This document shows, in pieces, positions 41,161-51,793 of a stretch of 64,000 bases of DNA (positions within the stretch are counted from its first letter, which is position 1; every line of letters starts with the position of its first letter). A program made the position numbers and the translations under genes. This stretch comes from an uncultured delta proteobacterium (GTDB lineage: Bacteria; Desulfobacterota; Binatia; UBA9968). The stretch covers positions 128,001 to 192,000 of the forward strand of contig CAVWLW010000069.1 of the NCBI GenBank assembly GCA_963755715.1, written 5' to 3'. Under the pieces are notes generated by a model, which did no database searches, had not been told where the DNA came from, and saw only the letters and a list, made by a program, of their open reading frames with translations.

Positions 41161-42213
41161 TTACTGAGCCGCTAATGGATACATCCGTTTTGGATTCTCG
41201 AAACAAATCTTTTGTTTGGTCTCGGCATGAACATCTTCGCGCGCCATGAATTTCTGGATATTTTCATGGAACTCCGAACGCGGCTCGTGCGGGAAATCCG
41301 TCGCGCAAAACAAGATATCGTCGCGCAGCAACTCGGCGATCTGAGCGATGCCGCGATCTTCCAGCTCGCAGTGAATGAAGATTCGGCCGCTCTTGAGGTG
41401 CTCCGAAGGCAATTTTTTGCATGAGGGGACCTGGGTGTTGCGATGCTCATATTCCATATCCAGCCGCTCCATCAAGTACGGCACCCAACCACAGCCGGCT
41501 TCGGCGTACGCCACCTTAAGTTTCGGAAACTGATCGTAAACTCCGTTGTAGATCATGCTGGTCATCTGAATCATCTGGCCAAAACCGTGGCTGAGAGCGC
41601 GAACCTCGATCAGCCGGTCGAAGGAGTCAACGCCGATACCTTGTGTGGGCGCCGCATGCACCGCTAGTAGAGCGCCCAGTTTTTGTGCCGTCTCGTACAC
41701 AGGAAAATATCTCTCATCGCCGAGGGGCTGCCGAAGTCCGACCGCTGGAAGAACAGCGCCCACGAAGCCAAGTTCATTGACGGCGCGTTTCAATTCCTTA
41801 ACCGCGTCAGGAATCGATTGAAGCGGAATCAATGCCATCCCTTTAAGACGCTTTTCCGGCTTGGTGAAGGTTTCGTATAAATAGTTGTTATAGCCGGCGG
41901 CAACCGCGCAGGCCCAATCCTTGTCTCTGACGAGTCCAAAGGTCAGCCCCGCCGTCGGATACAACACCGACCAAGCAATCTGATCTTCGTCGAGAAACTC
42001 CTGCCACTCCTTCAAACTCCCTTTGGCAATGTAGCGCCCCTTGCCATCGGCAACCCTTCGCGCCTGGCGGTGGAAACCATCCAGCGTCGGAAAAAATGGA
42101 AACGCCAACAGATCCTCGCGGCCTTTAAACGGCGCGGGTAAAAACTGCAAGAGTTCGCGATCGCTTTCAACGACATGACCATCCGCGTCGATGACGCCTT
42201 TGATGTTGGCCAT
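41161..42213 (-). CDS. Amidohydrolase_2 family protein
   Basis: IDADGHV, LYPT, AVH, EAGCGW and ATDFPH. Confidence 0.9.
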   Translation of the reverse strand: MANIKGVIDADGHVVESDRELLQFLPAPFKGREDLLAFPFFPTLDGFHRQARRVADGKGRYIAKGSLKEWQEFLDEDQIAWSVLYPTAGLTFGLVRDKDWACAVAAGYNNYLYETFTKPEKRLKGMALIPLQSIPDAVKELKRAVNELGFVGAVLPAVGLRQPLGDERYFPVYETAQKLGALLAVHAAPTQGIGVDSFDRLIEVRALSHGFGQMIQMTSMIYNGVYDQFPKLKVAYAEAGCGWVPYLMERLDMEYEHRNTQVPSCKKLPSEHLKSGRIFIHCELEDRGIAQIAELLRDDILFCATDFPHEPRSEFHENIQKFMAREDVHAETKQKICFENPKRMYPLAAQ

Positions 42214-42303
42214 TGCGTGATTCCTCCCTTTGCATACCCGAGTTTGCCCGAGATTACCGCACGGTGCAAATCATACGCCGCAATCACATAATGTAAAAAA
42301 TCT

Positions 42304-43185
42304 TCATAGGGAAAACAGGGTCGACAACGGGGCTTTGTGGGGGATCTGTCCTACTGCGACGAGCAAATCCATCTCGGCTTCAGCAAGTTTTTGCTCCTTT
42401 TCCGTAAAAGTAAATTCGACCTTTGGATAACGCGCCGACGCCAGCAGCGCTTCCCGATCACCGCCATAGCGCGCAATAAAGGCCGCGGCGATCTCTTCCA
42501 AATGGTCTTCACTATAGGCAAACGAAGCGCGAAATGCTTTGAGCAATGTGTCCTTGATGCCCGGATGCTGCTGCAATAAATCCTCGCGGGCGGCGACCAT
42601 GTGTTTGATCAGTTCATCGAACCCATGAAGTTTTTTCCAGGCCTCGCCGTCCGTGTAGAGACAGGTAACACCCGCCGCAACTTCACCGCGGAAAAAGAAA
42701 TGGTCGAGCAACACAACGGCGTCCGCTTTACCGCTTATGAGCGCGTCGAGGAGTTTTTCTTGCGGGTAAGATTCCCACTTTAGCTTCTTGTCGTCTACGC
42801 CGTAAACCCGCCGCAGCAAATATTGATGGATCGCGTGCAAACCCTGGTGCGTGGCGATGAGCCGCCCTTCGAGATCTTTGGGCGTCTTGATCGGACCGTC
42901 CGCGCGCACAAAGACGCCGTTGCCTTTCATCGTCGACTTCCATTCCGTCGCCAGACCGATGATCGGCGCGCCTTGCAGTTTGCGCCGAAGGAAGTTTGGC
43001 AGGTAAAGATTCGCCGCCTGCACGTCGCCGCGAATTAACGCTTCCTCCTGCTCCTTACTCGGCGGGTCCGGCAACTCGATGACTTTCATGTTGATCCCGT
43101 CCGGCTTGATCTTTCCCACAGCCAAGGCGTAGTAGGTGCGAAACATGCAGAAGCGATTACGATAGTGGGCGAAGGTGAGATCCAT
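42304..43185 (-). CDS. Periplasmic-binding-protein type 2 fold protein without signal peptide (MqnA/MqnD/NMT1-like)
   Basis: YYALAVGKI, IKTPKDLEGRLIA and LISGKADAVV; no hydrophobic N-terminus. Confidence 0.7.
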   Translation of the reverse strand: MDLTFAHYRNRFCMFRTYYALAVGKIKPDGINMKVIELPDPPSKEQEEALIRGDVQAANLYLPNFLRRKLQGAPIIGLATEWKSTMKGNGVFVRADGPIKTPKDLEGRLIATHQGLHAIHQYLLRRVYGVDDKKLKWESYPQEKLLDALISGKADAVVLLDHFFFRGEVAAGVTCLYTDGEAWKKLHGFDELIKHMVAAREDLLQQHPGIKDTLLKAFRASFAYSEDHLEEIAAAFIARYGGDREALLASARYPKVEFTFTEKEQKLAEAEMDLLVAVGQIPHKAPLSTLFSL

Positions 43186-43230
43186 GGTGATTCCTCATTC
43201 AATACTAAGCATCGAAGTCCCGCATTTCTA

Positions 43231-44487
43231 TTAAGTAGTCGGACTTCGCAGGGTCTTCGCCACTTCTTCCTTGTTCTTGTTGCAGATATCCAATGCGGCC
43301 ATCGCATAAACCTTGGTGCAGTTCACCATATTGGTGATGCCGACGCCGCGACGCACGCCGGTCGGCGAATCCCATTCTTCTCCCGCTTTGGTTTCCGTCG
43401 GATCGACGAGATGCGTGCCAAATCCCGGACCATAGGTGATCGCCGGCACGCCGTACGCTGCGATGCGCGAGCCGTCGCTGGTGATACCGTAACGGATCGG
43501 CTTCGCGTAAGGCACATCCGCGTTAAAAACTTTTTTGTGCGCCTCTTCCATCGCCTTGACCAGAGGCTCGTCTTTGGAGATCTCGTAGCCGGGCGTCGTC
43601 AGATAGAGATCCACCCGAATATCGAGGATATCCGACTCTTGTTTGCGAACGTTTTCACAAACCTGCTCGATTTCGCGCTTGAGCGCGAGCGGCGGCGTCC
43701 CGGGCAGCATCTTAACGATGACAAAGATATCGGTCGTGGGACGAGTTCCGGGCTTAAACGCGTTGCCACCGTCAATGGCGCCGATCTGCACCGTCGGCAG
43801 CATAAATGGATGCGTATATTTGCGCTGGTACTCTTTTTCCCAATCTTGAATCGCTTGCGCCACCTTGCATGCGGCGAGCACAAATTTTGTCGCCTTGCCG
43901 TCCACGCTGACGCGCGCCCATAACAGTCCGGAGTTGCCAATTTGCAATTGCAATCCTGTGGGCTCGCCGATAATGCACATGTCCGCCATCACCCCATGGT
44001 CCATCAAGTAACGCGCGCCGACGCCGGCGCCGCGATAAGTCTTGCCCTGAAAGCGCCCGACTTGCGCTTTTTCGATCTCGCCGACGACGCCGGCAATGAT
44101 CAAATCGCCTTTTAGCTTGACGCCGGCCTTCTGAAGCGCCGACACGGCTTCGATGTAACACGGAAACGCCGCCTTCATATTGACCAGTCCGCGGCCGTAG
44201 ATGCGGTCATCATCGACAACGGTTTCTTGCGGACTATCGAAATGGTCCATATGCGCGTTGAACATCAACGTCGCGCCCCCGCCGGTTCCTTTCAGCGTGC
44301 CGACGACATTCGGCCTGCCGTCTTCAACGTATTGATACTCGACCTGCATGCCGAGCTTCTCTAACTCGCTGCCAAGATATCTTGCCACGCCCTCTTCCTC
44401 GCCCGTGATGCTGACGATATTGGCCAGGTTGCAGGCCAATTCGATGATTCGATTGCGATTCACTTGATTCAAGACTTGTTCACTCAT
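43231..44487 (-). CDS. M20 family metallopeptidase/deacylase (ArgE/DapE-like)
   Basis: RPNVVG, FNAHMD, IYGRGLVNMK, VVGEIE and IIGEPT. Confidence 0.88.
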   Translation of the reverse strand: MSEQVLNQVNRNRIIELACNLANIVSITGEEEGVARYLGSELEKLGMQVEYQYVEDGRPNVVGTLKGTGGGATLMFNAHMDHFDSPQETVVDDDRIYGRGLVNMKAAFPCYIEAVSALQKAGVKLKGDLIIAGVVGEIEKAQVGRFQGKTYRGAGVGARYLMDHGVMADMCIIGEPTGLQLQIGNSGLLWARVSVDGKATKFVLAACKVAQAIQDWEKEYQRKYTHPFMLPTVQIGAIDGGNAFKPGTRPTTDIFVIVKMLPGTPPLALKREIEQVCENVRKQESDILDIRVDLYLTTPGYEISKDEPLVKAMEEAHKKVFNADVPYAKPIRYGITSDGSRIAAYGVPAITYGPGFGTHLVDPTETKAGEEWDSPTGVRRGVGITNMVNCTKVYAMAALDICNKNKEEVAKTLRSPTT

Positions 44488-44924
44488 GTTTTCCTCCTAA
44501 ATCTTCGTTCTCTGTTCAAATTCTTTCCTGATCCATTGTCCTTATGAAACTCGCTAACCGACAAGGCACGAAGCGTCTCGTTCAAAAGCTGAATATCACG
44601 TCTGAGAAGCTTTATGATGACATCTTCTTCTGGGCTGGCGCCGTGCTTATCGATGTTGGCAATTGTTTCTTCCATCCGGGATGCTGCGCGCAAGTGCGTG
44701 CGCAGGTCTTTTTGCACCGCGCGTTTCATCTCAGGGAACCCTTTAAACCCTAGACTTTGAGTGAACCGCACGACGGTGGATTCACTGATTCCAACAACGC
44801 GGGCGAGATCCCCCGTTGTCGTTAGGACCGCGGCCGTATTGTCGTTGAGGATATATTGTGCCAAGCGTTTCTCTGTCGCGCTTAAGGAGTCGACTTTCTT
44901 CTGGATCTGCGTTTGGAGATTCAT
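44484..44924 (-). pseudogene. Truncated MurR/RpiR regulator (HTH present, SIS domain missing)
   Basis: LSATEKRLAQYIL...ISESTVVRFTQSLGFKGFPEMK; the ORF ends at 146 aa, before the SIS domain. Confidence 0.75.
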
Positions 44925-45474
44925 CGAGTTAGGGGCAAAGGCGCAACTCCTTCTAGTATGGTTTGCGCGCCAGTATCAAGCTGACCTGGTTTGTCGATCC
45001 CAGGATGATTCTTTAACTGTCATTCCGAGTAAAACGAGGATCTTTCTTGTTGCGAGCTGGGTTGGCAATCGGATTGGAGGAGCTTCATCGGAAAGATCTA
45101 ACAAGCAGGCGGAAAGATCTCATGCACTTTGATTGTTCGCAGCACCAGCCCTGCCTCAATTGCGACAAAATTAAACTCAGCGAAAATAGATCTCACGAAA
45201 CTCCTTGCTGTATTTGGACAATTCTTCCCCTACGCTCGGGTCAGGCTGCAAGAACCGACGATCTCGACGAAGCCGATTGCTGAAAACCGAAGTTCCTACA
45301 AGAGTTGGGTTGCGAAACGCAAATCGATCGTCTGGACGGTTGGATGTGGAACCGTTGATCCCGGAGATGCATCCTAGCAAGCTAAACAAAGTTTAGATGC
45401 ACCCCATCAAGAAATGAGCGCCAGCAAGCGTTTCGACAAATCGCTTTGTAGAACGCGCAGTTTTGAAACGAGAT

Positions 45475-46473
45475 CTATTTACTCGTTCTCGCATCCGACA
45501 GTTTCTTGAAAAATCCTTCTCTTTCCAATTCGTTGATCAAGCTCTCATCGATAAACTGCTCGACATTGATTTCACCCCTGGCTTCACGGTCGCGGTCGCT
45601 CACCAGCTCGAGCGCATTGCGGATACCGTCGCGCTCGATCCTTGGCGGAAAAGAAAATTTGGGCGCGAAGTAATCGTAGGTCGCGTCGAGCACTTTCGAG
45701 TCTTGCTGCTTGAGACGATTGGCGTAGACCGTCAGCGCTTTTGCTTTGTCGGTTTTGAAGTCATAAATCGCCTCGCTGTAGGCGCGCACAAACCGCTTCA
45801 CCGTGTCGCGACTTTTCTCCAGAAACGAGCGCCGCACCGTGATCACGGTTTGAGGAAAGGCTGCCTTCAAATCGCTCAGGTGCGCGAGAATATTCATGCC
45901 CAGGCGAGTCGCGACCAGCGTCTCCGGCGGCGACAATACCGACGCGTCGATTGCGCGCGTGGACAACGCCGCAAGTCGCTCCGGCGCGCCGCCGCTGGCG
46001 AAGATCGTCACGGATTGCCGCGGGATATTCCACTCTTTAAGGGCCAGAGTGATAGCCAGATCGGTGGAACCGCCGAAATTGAGAATGCCGATTTTTTTGC
46101 CGATCAGATCGGAGGGCTTGCGGATTTCTTTTTGCGCTACGACGCTGAAGGGAAATTTATTGAGCGCCGCGGCGACAATGACGAGGTCGCCGCCGCGCAA
46201 ACGGATGGGAATCGACGCGCTGGCGGAGCCCTGAGCAAAATCGCTGCTTCCAGAGATCAGCGCGGCCATGCCGCGGGCGCTGCCGGTAATCAGCACCATC
46301 TCCGTTTTCAGGCCGTGCTTCTTGAACAGCTCCAAATCCTTGGCGGCCCACAACGGCCCTTGGAACCCAGCATAACCGTCATAGCTGACGACCACGCCGT
46401 CCTGCGCGCAAAGCGCGAAAGGAATTGCCAGCGCAAAAACCAATCCCGCGAAGATTCTCAGCGCCGACTTCAC
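45475..46473 (-). CDS. SsuA/NMT1-type ABC substrate-binding protein
   Basis: Signal peptide, LWAAKDLELFKKHGL and PSDLIGKKIG; the GTG start overlaps the upstream stop (GTGA). Confidence 0.88.
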   Translation of the reverse strand: MKSALRIFAGLVFALAIPFALCAQDGVVVSYDGYAGFQGPLWAAKDLELFKKHGLKTEMVLITGSARGMAALISGSSDFAQGSASASIPIRLRGGDLVIVAAALNKFPFSVVAQKEIRKPSDLIGKKIGILNFGGSTDLAITLALKEWNIPRQSVTIFASGGAPERLAALSTRAIDASVLSPPETLVATRLGMNILAHLSDLKAAFPQTVITVRRSFLEKSRDTVKRFVRAYSEAIYDFKTDKAKALTVYANRLKQQDSKVLDATYDYFAPKFSFPPRIERDGIRNALELVSDRDREARGEINVEQFIDESLINELEREGFFKKLSDARTSK

Positions 46474-47231
46474 TGCTGTCCTCTGGCGGCCGCATTCATG
46501 CAAGCATCGAGAATCACGCCGTGGAGATCGATGCAGCTCAAAGCGCAATATTCCAGCGTATAACCCGGCCTCACCTCCGCGCCCTCTTCCAATAGTCGGC
46601 GCAACACCATTTTCCGGAACTCCCCGTGCCCCATGATGCCGCCCTCGTGCTCTCGCGTATCAGCTTCTTCGTGGAGCGAAAAATACACCGCCTGCTCCGC
46701 GGTCAGGCCGTAGTGAGTCGTCAAAGCGGTGAATACTTCGCCCGCCCAATGGCCGAACTGCTCCTCGGTAGCGCCGGTGGCATAGAACTCTGCCACCGTG
46801 CCTTCCCAGACAATGGCGCGAAAGTAATCGATCTTGGCACGGAACTCGGCCAGCATGGGAGAGACAAAGACTTCATCCTCGCTGATGCCCAGCGCTTTCG
46901 CCGTTTCTATAACCACGTGAATATGACCCGGCGGTTTCGGATGGATCAACTCATCCGCCAGTTTTTCCGCCATGGCCGCCATTAGGTCCCGATGCTTACG
47001 AAAGAAGTGAATGTGTTTATGATACGAAGCCGCTTCCAGCGTGTTGATTTCGATCGTATACGCGGCCCAGTTCTTGAAAAACAACCGGAACGTTTCCTTT
47101 GAAAGTTTCCCCGCAACCAGAGCTTTCATGAATTGTGTGCTGCTGACCCGCTGGCGCCAACGCTCGGCTACCTGCCGATAGATTCCGTCGACGAAAGCTT
47201 TGGCTTCCTCGCCAGTCATTTTGACATTCAT
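46470..47231 (-). CDS. TenA/PqqC/CADD-like heme-oxygenase-fold protein
   Basis: FMKALVAGKLS, DELIHPKPPGH, TEEQ and YFSLHEEAD...H. Confidence 0.75.
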   Translation of the reverse strand: MNVKMTGEEAKAFVDGIYRQVAERWRQRVSSTQFMKALVAGKLSKETFRLFFKNWAAYTIEINTLEAASYHKHIHFFRKHRDLMAAMAEKLADELIHPKPPGHIHVVIETAKALGISEDEVFVSPMLAEFRAKIDYFRAIVWEGTVAEFYATGATEEQFGHWAGEVFTALTTHYGLTAEQAVYFSLHEEADTREHEGGIMGHGEFRKMVLRRLLEEGAEVRPGYTLEYCALSCIDLHGVILDACMNAAARGQQ

Positions 47232-47262
47232 CGTCCTTTTCCTCGTGATCGTTGTCGCCGAT

Positions 47263-48330
47263 TTAGAATTTCAACCGAACTTCGACGCCTCGTTTGGCGC
47301 ACTCTTGGACAAAGGTCTGATGGATCTCCGGATCCTGATCCTTGTAATCGATCTGTGTGCCGCCGGCGGCTTCGACTTCCAGCGTCTTCACCAAGTCTTC
47401 TACCTGATAAGTAAATCCCCAGGGTTTCAGAGCGAGATAGCGCGCGGGTTCCTTTCCCGGATTGAAATGCTGATGAAACCATTTCGCCGGCGGCACGAAC
47501 ATCGTGCCCGGCCGCCAGTCGATGCGCGTGCGCGGCTTTCCCGGCTCCCAAAGGAGCGAGTATCCTTCGCCTGAAAGGATCACGATGTGCGCGCCCGGCC
47601 CATGCCAGTGAGCGCGAGGATAAGTTCCCACGGGGTATTCCTCGATATGCGCGCTGATGGTGTTCGACGAGAAATGGAGCAAAATACCGCTCGCTCCCTG
47701 TCCGCGCGCGCTGTGATCGATCAATTTGAATCCAGGGACGTCCGCGATGAAGTTCGAATCCCACGTGCGGTGGCTCTCGACCACCTTGCCCTTGCCGCTG
47801 AAAAATCCCTCTTCGCCGCTAAAGCGATCAGCAAATCCGAAGGGATTGCCGAAGATAAAATCCAGATTACGAAACCGGTTGATCATCACCGGCGCGTCTG
47901 TGAGCGCGACGAATCTCGCCGGCTCATCGCGTTGAACGTTGAAATGCTGGCGCCAGGTATTGAGCGGCGGCGAAAACATGCTGCCTTCTTGCCACTCGAA
48001 CGTCTGCTTGCGGCCGCCTTCGGTCCAAACACTGGTCGCACCGCGCCCTTTGACGACATAGATCAACTCTTCAAAGAGATAGCGCTCGGGCAAAGTTTGT
48101 TCTTGGGCCGGGATTTCACACACGTAACTGTCGCAACTGCGTCCGGCGCCGAGCATATTGATCAGGGCGCCCGAAACTCCCTTTCGTTTCCACGGTCCCA
48201 CCGCCACCGTCGTCAAATCATCGATGGCGAGACCCTTGTAAATCGGCACGCCTTCCGTTTCCTGCCACACTTCATAAGGCGTTTTATCGCTGTAGGCCGA
48301 ATTCTTGGTGAGATCCAAACTCATGTCCAT
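47263..48330 (-). CDS. Bicupin protein (gentisate dioxygenase-like)
   Basis: EELIYVVKGRG...PPLNTWRQHFN and AHWHGPGAH...WFHQHFN. Confidence 0.82.
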   Translation of the reverse strand: MDMSLDLTKNSAYSDKTPYEVWQETEGVPIYKGLAIDDLTTVAVGPWKRKGVSGALINMLGAGRSCDSYVCEIPAQEQTLPERYLFEELIYVVKGRGATSVWTEGGRKQTFEWQEGSMFSPPLNTWRQHFNVQRDEPARFVALTDAPVMINRFRNLDFIFGNPFGFADRFSGEEGFFSGKGKVVESHRTWDSNFIADVPGFKLIDHSARGQGASGILLHFSSNTISAHIEEYPVGTYPRAHWHGPGAHIVILSGEGYSLLWEPGKPRTRIDWRPGTMFVPPAKWFHQHFNPGKEPARYLALKPWGFTYQVEDLVKTLEVEAAGGTQIDYKDQDPEIHQTFVQECAKRGVEVRLKF

Positions 48331-48499
48331 TCCTCATTTCGGTGGATTTTTGGGGCCTCATCCTTCCTATGCGTTTTTGTATGTTGAACTACGTAATTTC
48401 TGGTTTTCATCTCCCATATAAAACAAAATGTTAGCTGTCAATCAGAAGTAGTTTTGATATGTTGAATTCCATGACACTGGGCGAATGCGGGCGAATTGC

Positions 48500-49409
48500 T
48501 TAGGAAGTTGCGTTGGCCGGAAAAGATTGTCTGGCGTATCCCAGCTCGCGTGAAATGAGCTCGGCGATGTGCTTTAGATCAGGCAAGAATTTCAGCAGTT
48601 GCTTCATATTGCACAAAGATTCAACGGCGGTAAGCGCCAGAGCCGCTTCGACCCGTCCAGCCGAACTCCATACCGGTGCGGCCAATCCGATAGTGCCCCG
48701 AATCGCTTCGCCGTCGCTCACGGCGTAACCCACGCGGCGAATTTTGTTTAGTTCGTCTTGCAACTGGCGCCGGTCCGTCAACGTGCGCTCAGTAAGTTTG
48801 TCGATCTTGGCCGTCAAAAAAAACTCCCGGAATTGTTTATCCGTTGGATAGCGGTAGGCAAGAAGCAGTTTCCCCGGCGCGCCGTGATTGCACGGCTGAT
48901 GCGTGCCCACGGGAAAATTCACTTTCACCGGATCATGACCCTCCACTCGATCGAGAATAACCATCCGATCGTTTTCCAAGATTCTCAGCGAAACCAGGAG
49001 TCCAGTGATTCTATTGAGCTCGATAAGATAGGGCGATGCTCTTTCGACTAGCCGTTTCGGCGCGCCAAACACGGCCCCGGTCAATTCCCAGATCTCGGAA
49101 CCGAGCTCATACTCGTAAGTGTCATCATGACAGCGCAAAAAATGCTTCCGTTCGAAAGTCTTGACCAACCTAAACACGCCGCTTTTCGGAACGTTCAAAT
49201 AGCGAGCCAGTTCGGAAATCGTCCAGCGGGGCTTTTTCGGTGTAAATAGTTTTAGGAGCTCGCATGCTCTTTCTAACGTCGTCGAGGTGGCCCAAGGCGT
49301 TTTTCTGCTCGATGACTTTTACGGAGGATTTCAACCTCCGACTCGACGGGCGACTGCTGAACCGTCGCGCTCGTTGGGGTGGTTTCGCTGTTTTTGTTTT
49401 TCTGGTCAT
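48500..49409 (-). CDS. IclR family transcriptional regulator, frameshift near 49300
   Basis: The frame of 48500..49198 extends upstream as TTLERACELLKLFTPKKPRWTISELARYLNVPKS (HTH); GAPGKLLLA, IRRVGYAVS and GLAAPV follow. Confidence 0.88.
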
Positions 49410-49739
49410 GGAACGAGTGTTTTGCAGCGCCGGGCAATCATCCTCAGTTTGATATCCTTATGCAAGTGACTTGCTTCCTCAGTTTTCTTGCAGTCCCCAG
49501 ACCCGTGTGATACCAGTCGCATACCGTATTATGTTTCGTAAAGATTTTCGCTACAGGAGTAGTTTGTGTATTACCGTCACAGTTTGCCGTACCGCGTGTT
49601 TACTAATTTCTTTATTCCATCGCTTTTAATAGTTTCTCTCCTGGCAGTTGAAAGACGACAATCCGAGCGCGTGTAGGTGATGCTCTTTTCCGGCCGCGTG
49701 CGCCGTTGAATAGAATATCTCCGTTAAAAAAGGAGCTCT

Positions 49740-50783
49740 ATGAGCACTCTCGATCAACCGATATTGATCGCCAACAGCAACTACCACGTCGGCCATCAAG
49801 TGGCCATTTTCGTCGCCGAAGAGCAGGGTTTTTTTCGTGAGGAGGGACTCAAAGAATACGAATATGACTCGCGCGGATTGATTCCGGGCACGATCGAGCG
49901 CGAAGGATTAGGAGCCGCGATTAAAAATCACGGCGTTGATATTGCGACCGCCGTCGATGTCGAGGCGGCGATTTACCAGCGTTCGCTCGGAGTCGATGTC
50001 TACATCGTTGGCGGCTGGCGCTACACGCCGTTTCTCAGGTGGTACGGCGCGAAGCATGTGACAAACATGAGCAAGCTGCGCGGTGGCAGGATCGGCATGC
50101 GCGAGAAAGAAGGACTGGTCCAAACATTTATTACGGACGCGTTGCGTGAAGCGGGGGTCGATCCAGAAACTGAAGTTCAATGGGTTTACGATCCGGTTTT
50201 CGGTTATCGCAATAACCCCAACCACATGGAGAGGCTGCGCTCGGGAAAAATCGAAGCGATCACCTCGCAGCCGCCGTTTTCCGAGCAGCTCGAAAAGGAA
50301 GGCTATCCGATGATTCTCGATCCGAATACGGTTTTTCCCCGGCGTCCGGGGAAACTCACCGTGGCGACGGAACAAATGATCGAGAAACGCGGCGACGAAT
50401 TGCGCGCCTATTTTCGTGCGATCATCCGCAGTTTCTGGTTTATGCGCGACGTCAAGAATTTCGAATACCTCCGCGACCTTGAGAAAAAACTCAGAAGATC
50501 CAACACCCACAACGAAGACGAACGCGGTGTGGTCGCCATCGTCACCGCGCCCGACCGGTTAGAAAGCTGGGCGTTGCCCATCGACGGCGGCATCGCCCCG
50601 GAAACTGTGCAACGAATCGCCGACGACATGGTGAAGTCTGGCAAACTGTCGAGGCCAATATCGGCCAAAGATATTTTGCGGGACGATGCCGTAAAACAAG
50701 CCTATCGTGAAGTCAGCGGCCGTGCCGAGCTTAAGGCACCCTTTGGAATCGCGCTAACGGCTCAGGAGAAATACGGATTCTAG
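49740..50783 (+). CDS. NMT1/SsuA-fold protein lacking a signal peptide
   Basis: IFVAEEQGFFREEGL, LRGGRIG and LRSGKIEA; AGGAG RBS. Confidence 0.78.
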   Translation: MSTLDQPILIANSNYHVGHQVAIFVAEEQGFFREEGLKEYEYDSRGLIPGTIEREGLGAAIKNHGVDIATAVDVEAAIYQRSLGVDVYIVGGWRYTPFLRWYGAKHVTNMSKLRGGRIGMREKEGLVQTFITDALREAGVDPETEVQWVYDPVFGYRNNPNHMERLRSGKIEAITSQPPFSEQLEKEGYPMILDPNTVFPRRPGKLTVATEQMIEKRGDELRAYFRAIIRSFWFMRDVKNFEYLRDLEKKLRRSNTHNEDERGVVAIVTAPDRLESWALPIDGGIAPETVQRIADDMVKSGKLSRPISAKDILRDDAVKQAYREVSGRAELKAPFGIALTAQEKYGF

Positions 50784-50791
50784 GAACGACT

Positions 50792-51793
50792 ATGAGCACC
50801 GATTCAAAATTCGACCATCGAAGCGCTGCCGCGCGATTACTATTAACGATGGTTCTGGTTCTTAACCTTGCTTTACCAAGTCCGTCGTTCGCTTTGGACG
50901 AAGTCAATCTCCACATATCGGCCGGCATCAGCGGCAACGCCTTGCTCTATAAATTCGCCATCGAAAAAGGCTTCTACCGCGAAGAAGGCCTCGATGTTCG
51001 ACCGATTCAGGCGGGAATGTTGGCTGGCATTCAGGGACTGGTGGGTGGCAGTTTTCATTTCAGTCAGATTCTCGGCCAAGGTGCCGGCGCCATTCTCAGA
51101 GGCGTCCCTCTGAAGATCGTGATGGTCTTCGACACTCGCCCGCTCAACTGGCTGTTCGCGCGCAAAGAAATCAAATCGCTGCAAGATCTGAAGGGCGGCA
51201 AGCAGATCGCCGTCTCAAGCTTCGGCGCCGCACTCGATCAAATGACCCGCGACCTGCTGCCTAAACGCGGCATCGATCCGCAAAAAGATGTGGTCCTGCG
51301 TGCTATCGAGCCGACGCCGGCCAGACTCGCCGCGTTGATGAGCGCCGCCGTCGACGCCGCGGTGGTCAACCAGATGGACCGCATCATCGCGAAGAAGAAC
51401 GGTTTCACCGAGTTGCTCTTCTACGGCGACGATTTAGAATTCGTCACCGCGGGCGCCGTGACGACTGAAAAACTTCTGGCTCAGAGACCCGATTTCGTGC
51501 AGCGCTTTCTCCGCGGTACGCTCAAAGGTTTTCACTGGCTGAAGACCAACGAGAAAGACGTGGTCGCCCGTATGATTCCGATCATGAAGGTTTCGGAGAG
51601 CGAAACTACCGACGTCTATAGAGCATGGCCGGGTGTGATGTCCGTCGACGGCACCATTCCGCGGAGCCTCCAGGAAAAAATGATCGCCTTTCAAAGAAAG
51701 TCGCTCAAGGTCGACCGCGAGGTGCTTCCGGAAAACGTCTATGACTTCACGATGGTTCGAACGCTCAACGAAGAGCTGAGGAAAACCAGGTGA
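50792..51793 (+). CDS. SsuA/NMT1-type ABC substrate-binding protein
   Basis: Signal peptide, AIEKGFYREEGL and IKSLQDLKG. Confidence 0.86.
   Translation: MSTDSKFDHRSAAARLLLTMVLVLNLALPSPSFALDEVNLHISAGISGNALLYKFAIEKGFYREEGLDVRPIQAGMLAGIQGLVGGSFHFSQILGQGAGAILRGVPLKIVMVFDTRPLNWLFARKEIKSLQDLKGGKQIAVSSFGAALDQMTRDLLPKRGIDPQKDVVLRAIEPTPARLAALMSAAVDAAVVNQMDRIIAKKNGFTELLFYGDDLEFVTAGAVTTEKLLAQRPDFVQRFLRGTLKGFHWLKTNEKDVVARMIPIMKVSESETTDVYRAWPGVMSVDGTIPRSLQEKMIAFQRKSLKVDREVLPENVYDFTMVRTLNEELRKTR

Noticed and set aside
45018-45250. Fragments resembling TGTCATTCCGAG-type and CTACGCTC-type REP elements, plus short ORFs
   Set aside because: Too degenerate, with no partner repeat; no recognisable protein motifs.
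45463-46563. Long antisense ORFs (this one, 1130..1990, 9324..10157, 10158..11012, 55737..56585 and others)
   Set aside because: Shadow ORFs opposite well-supported genes, as expected in GC-rich DNA.
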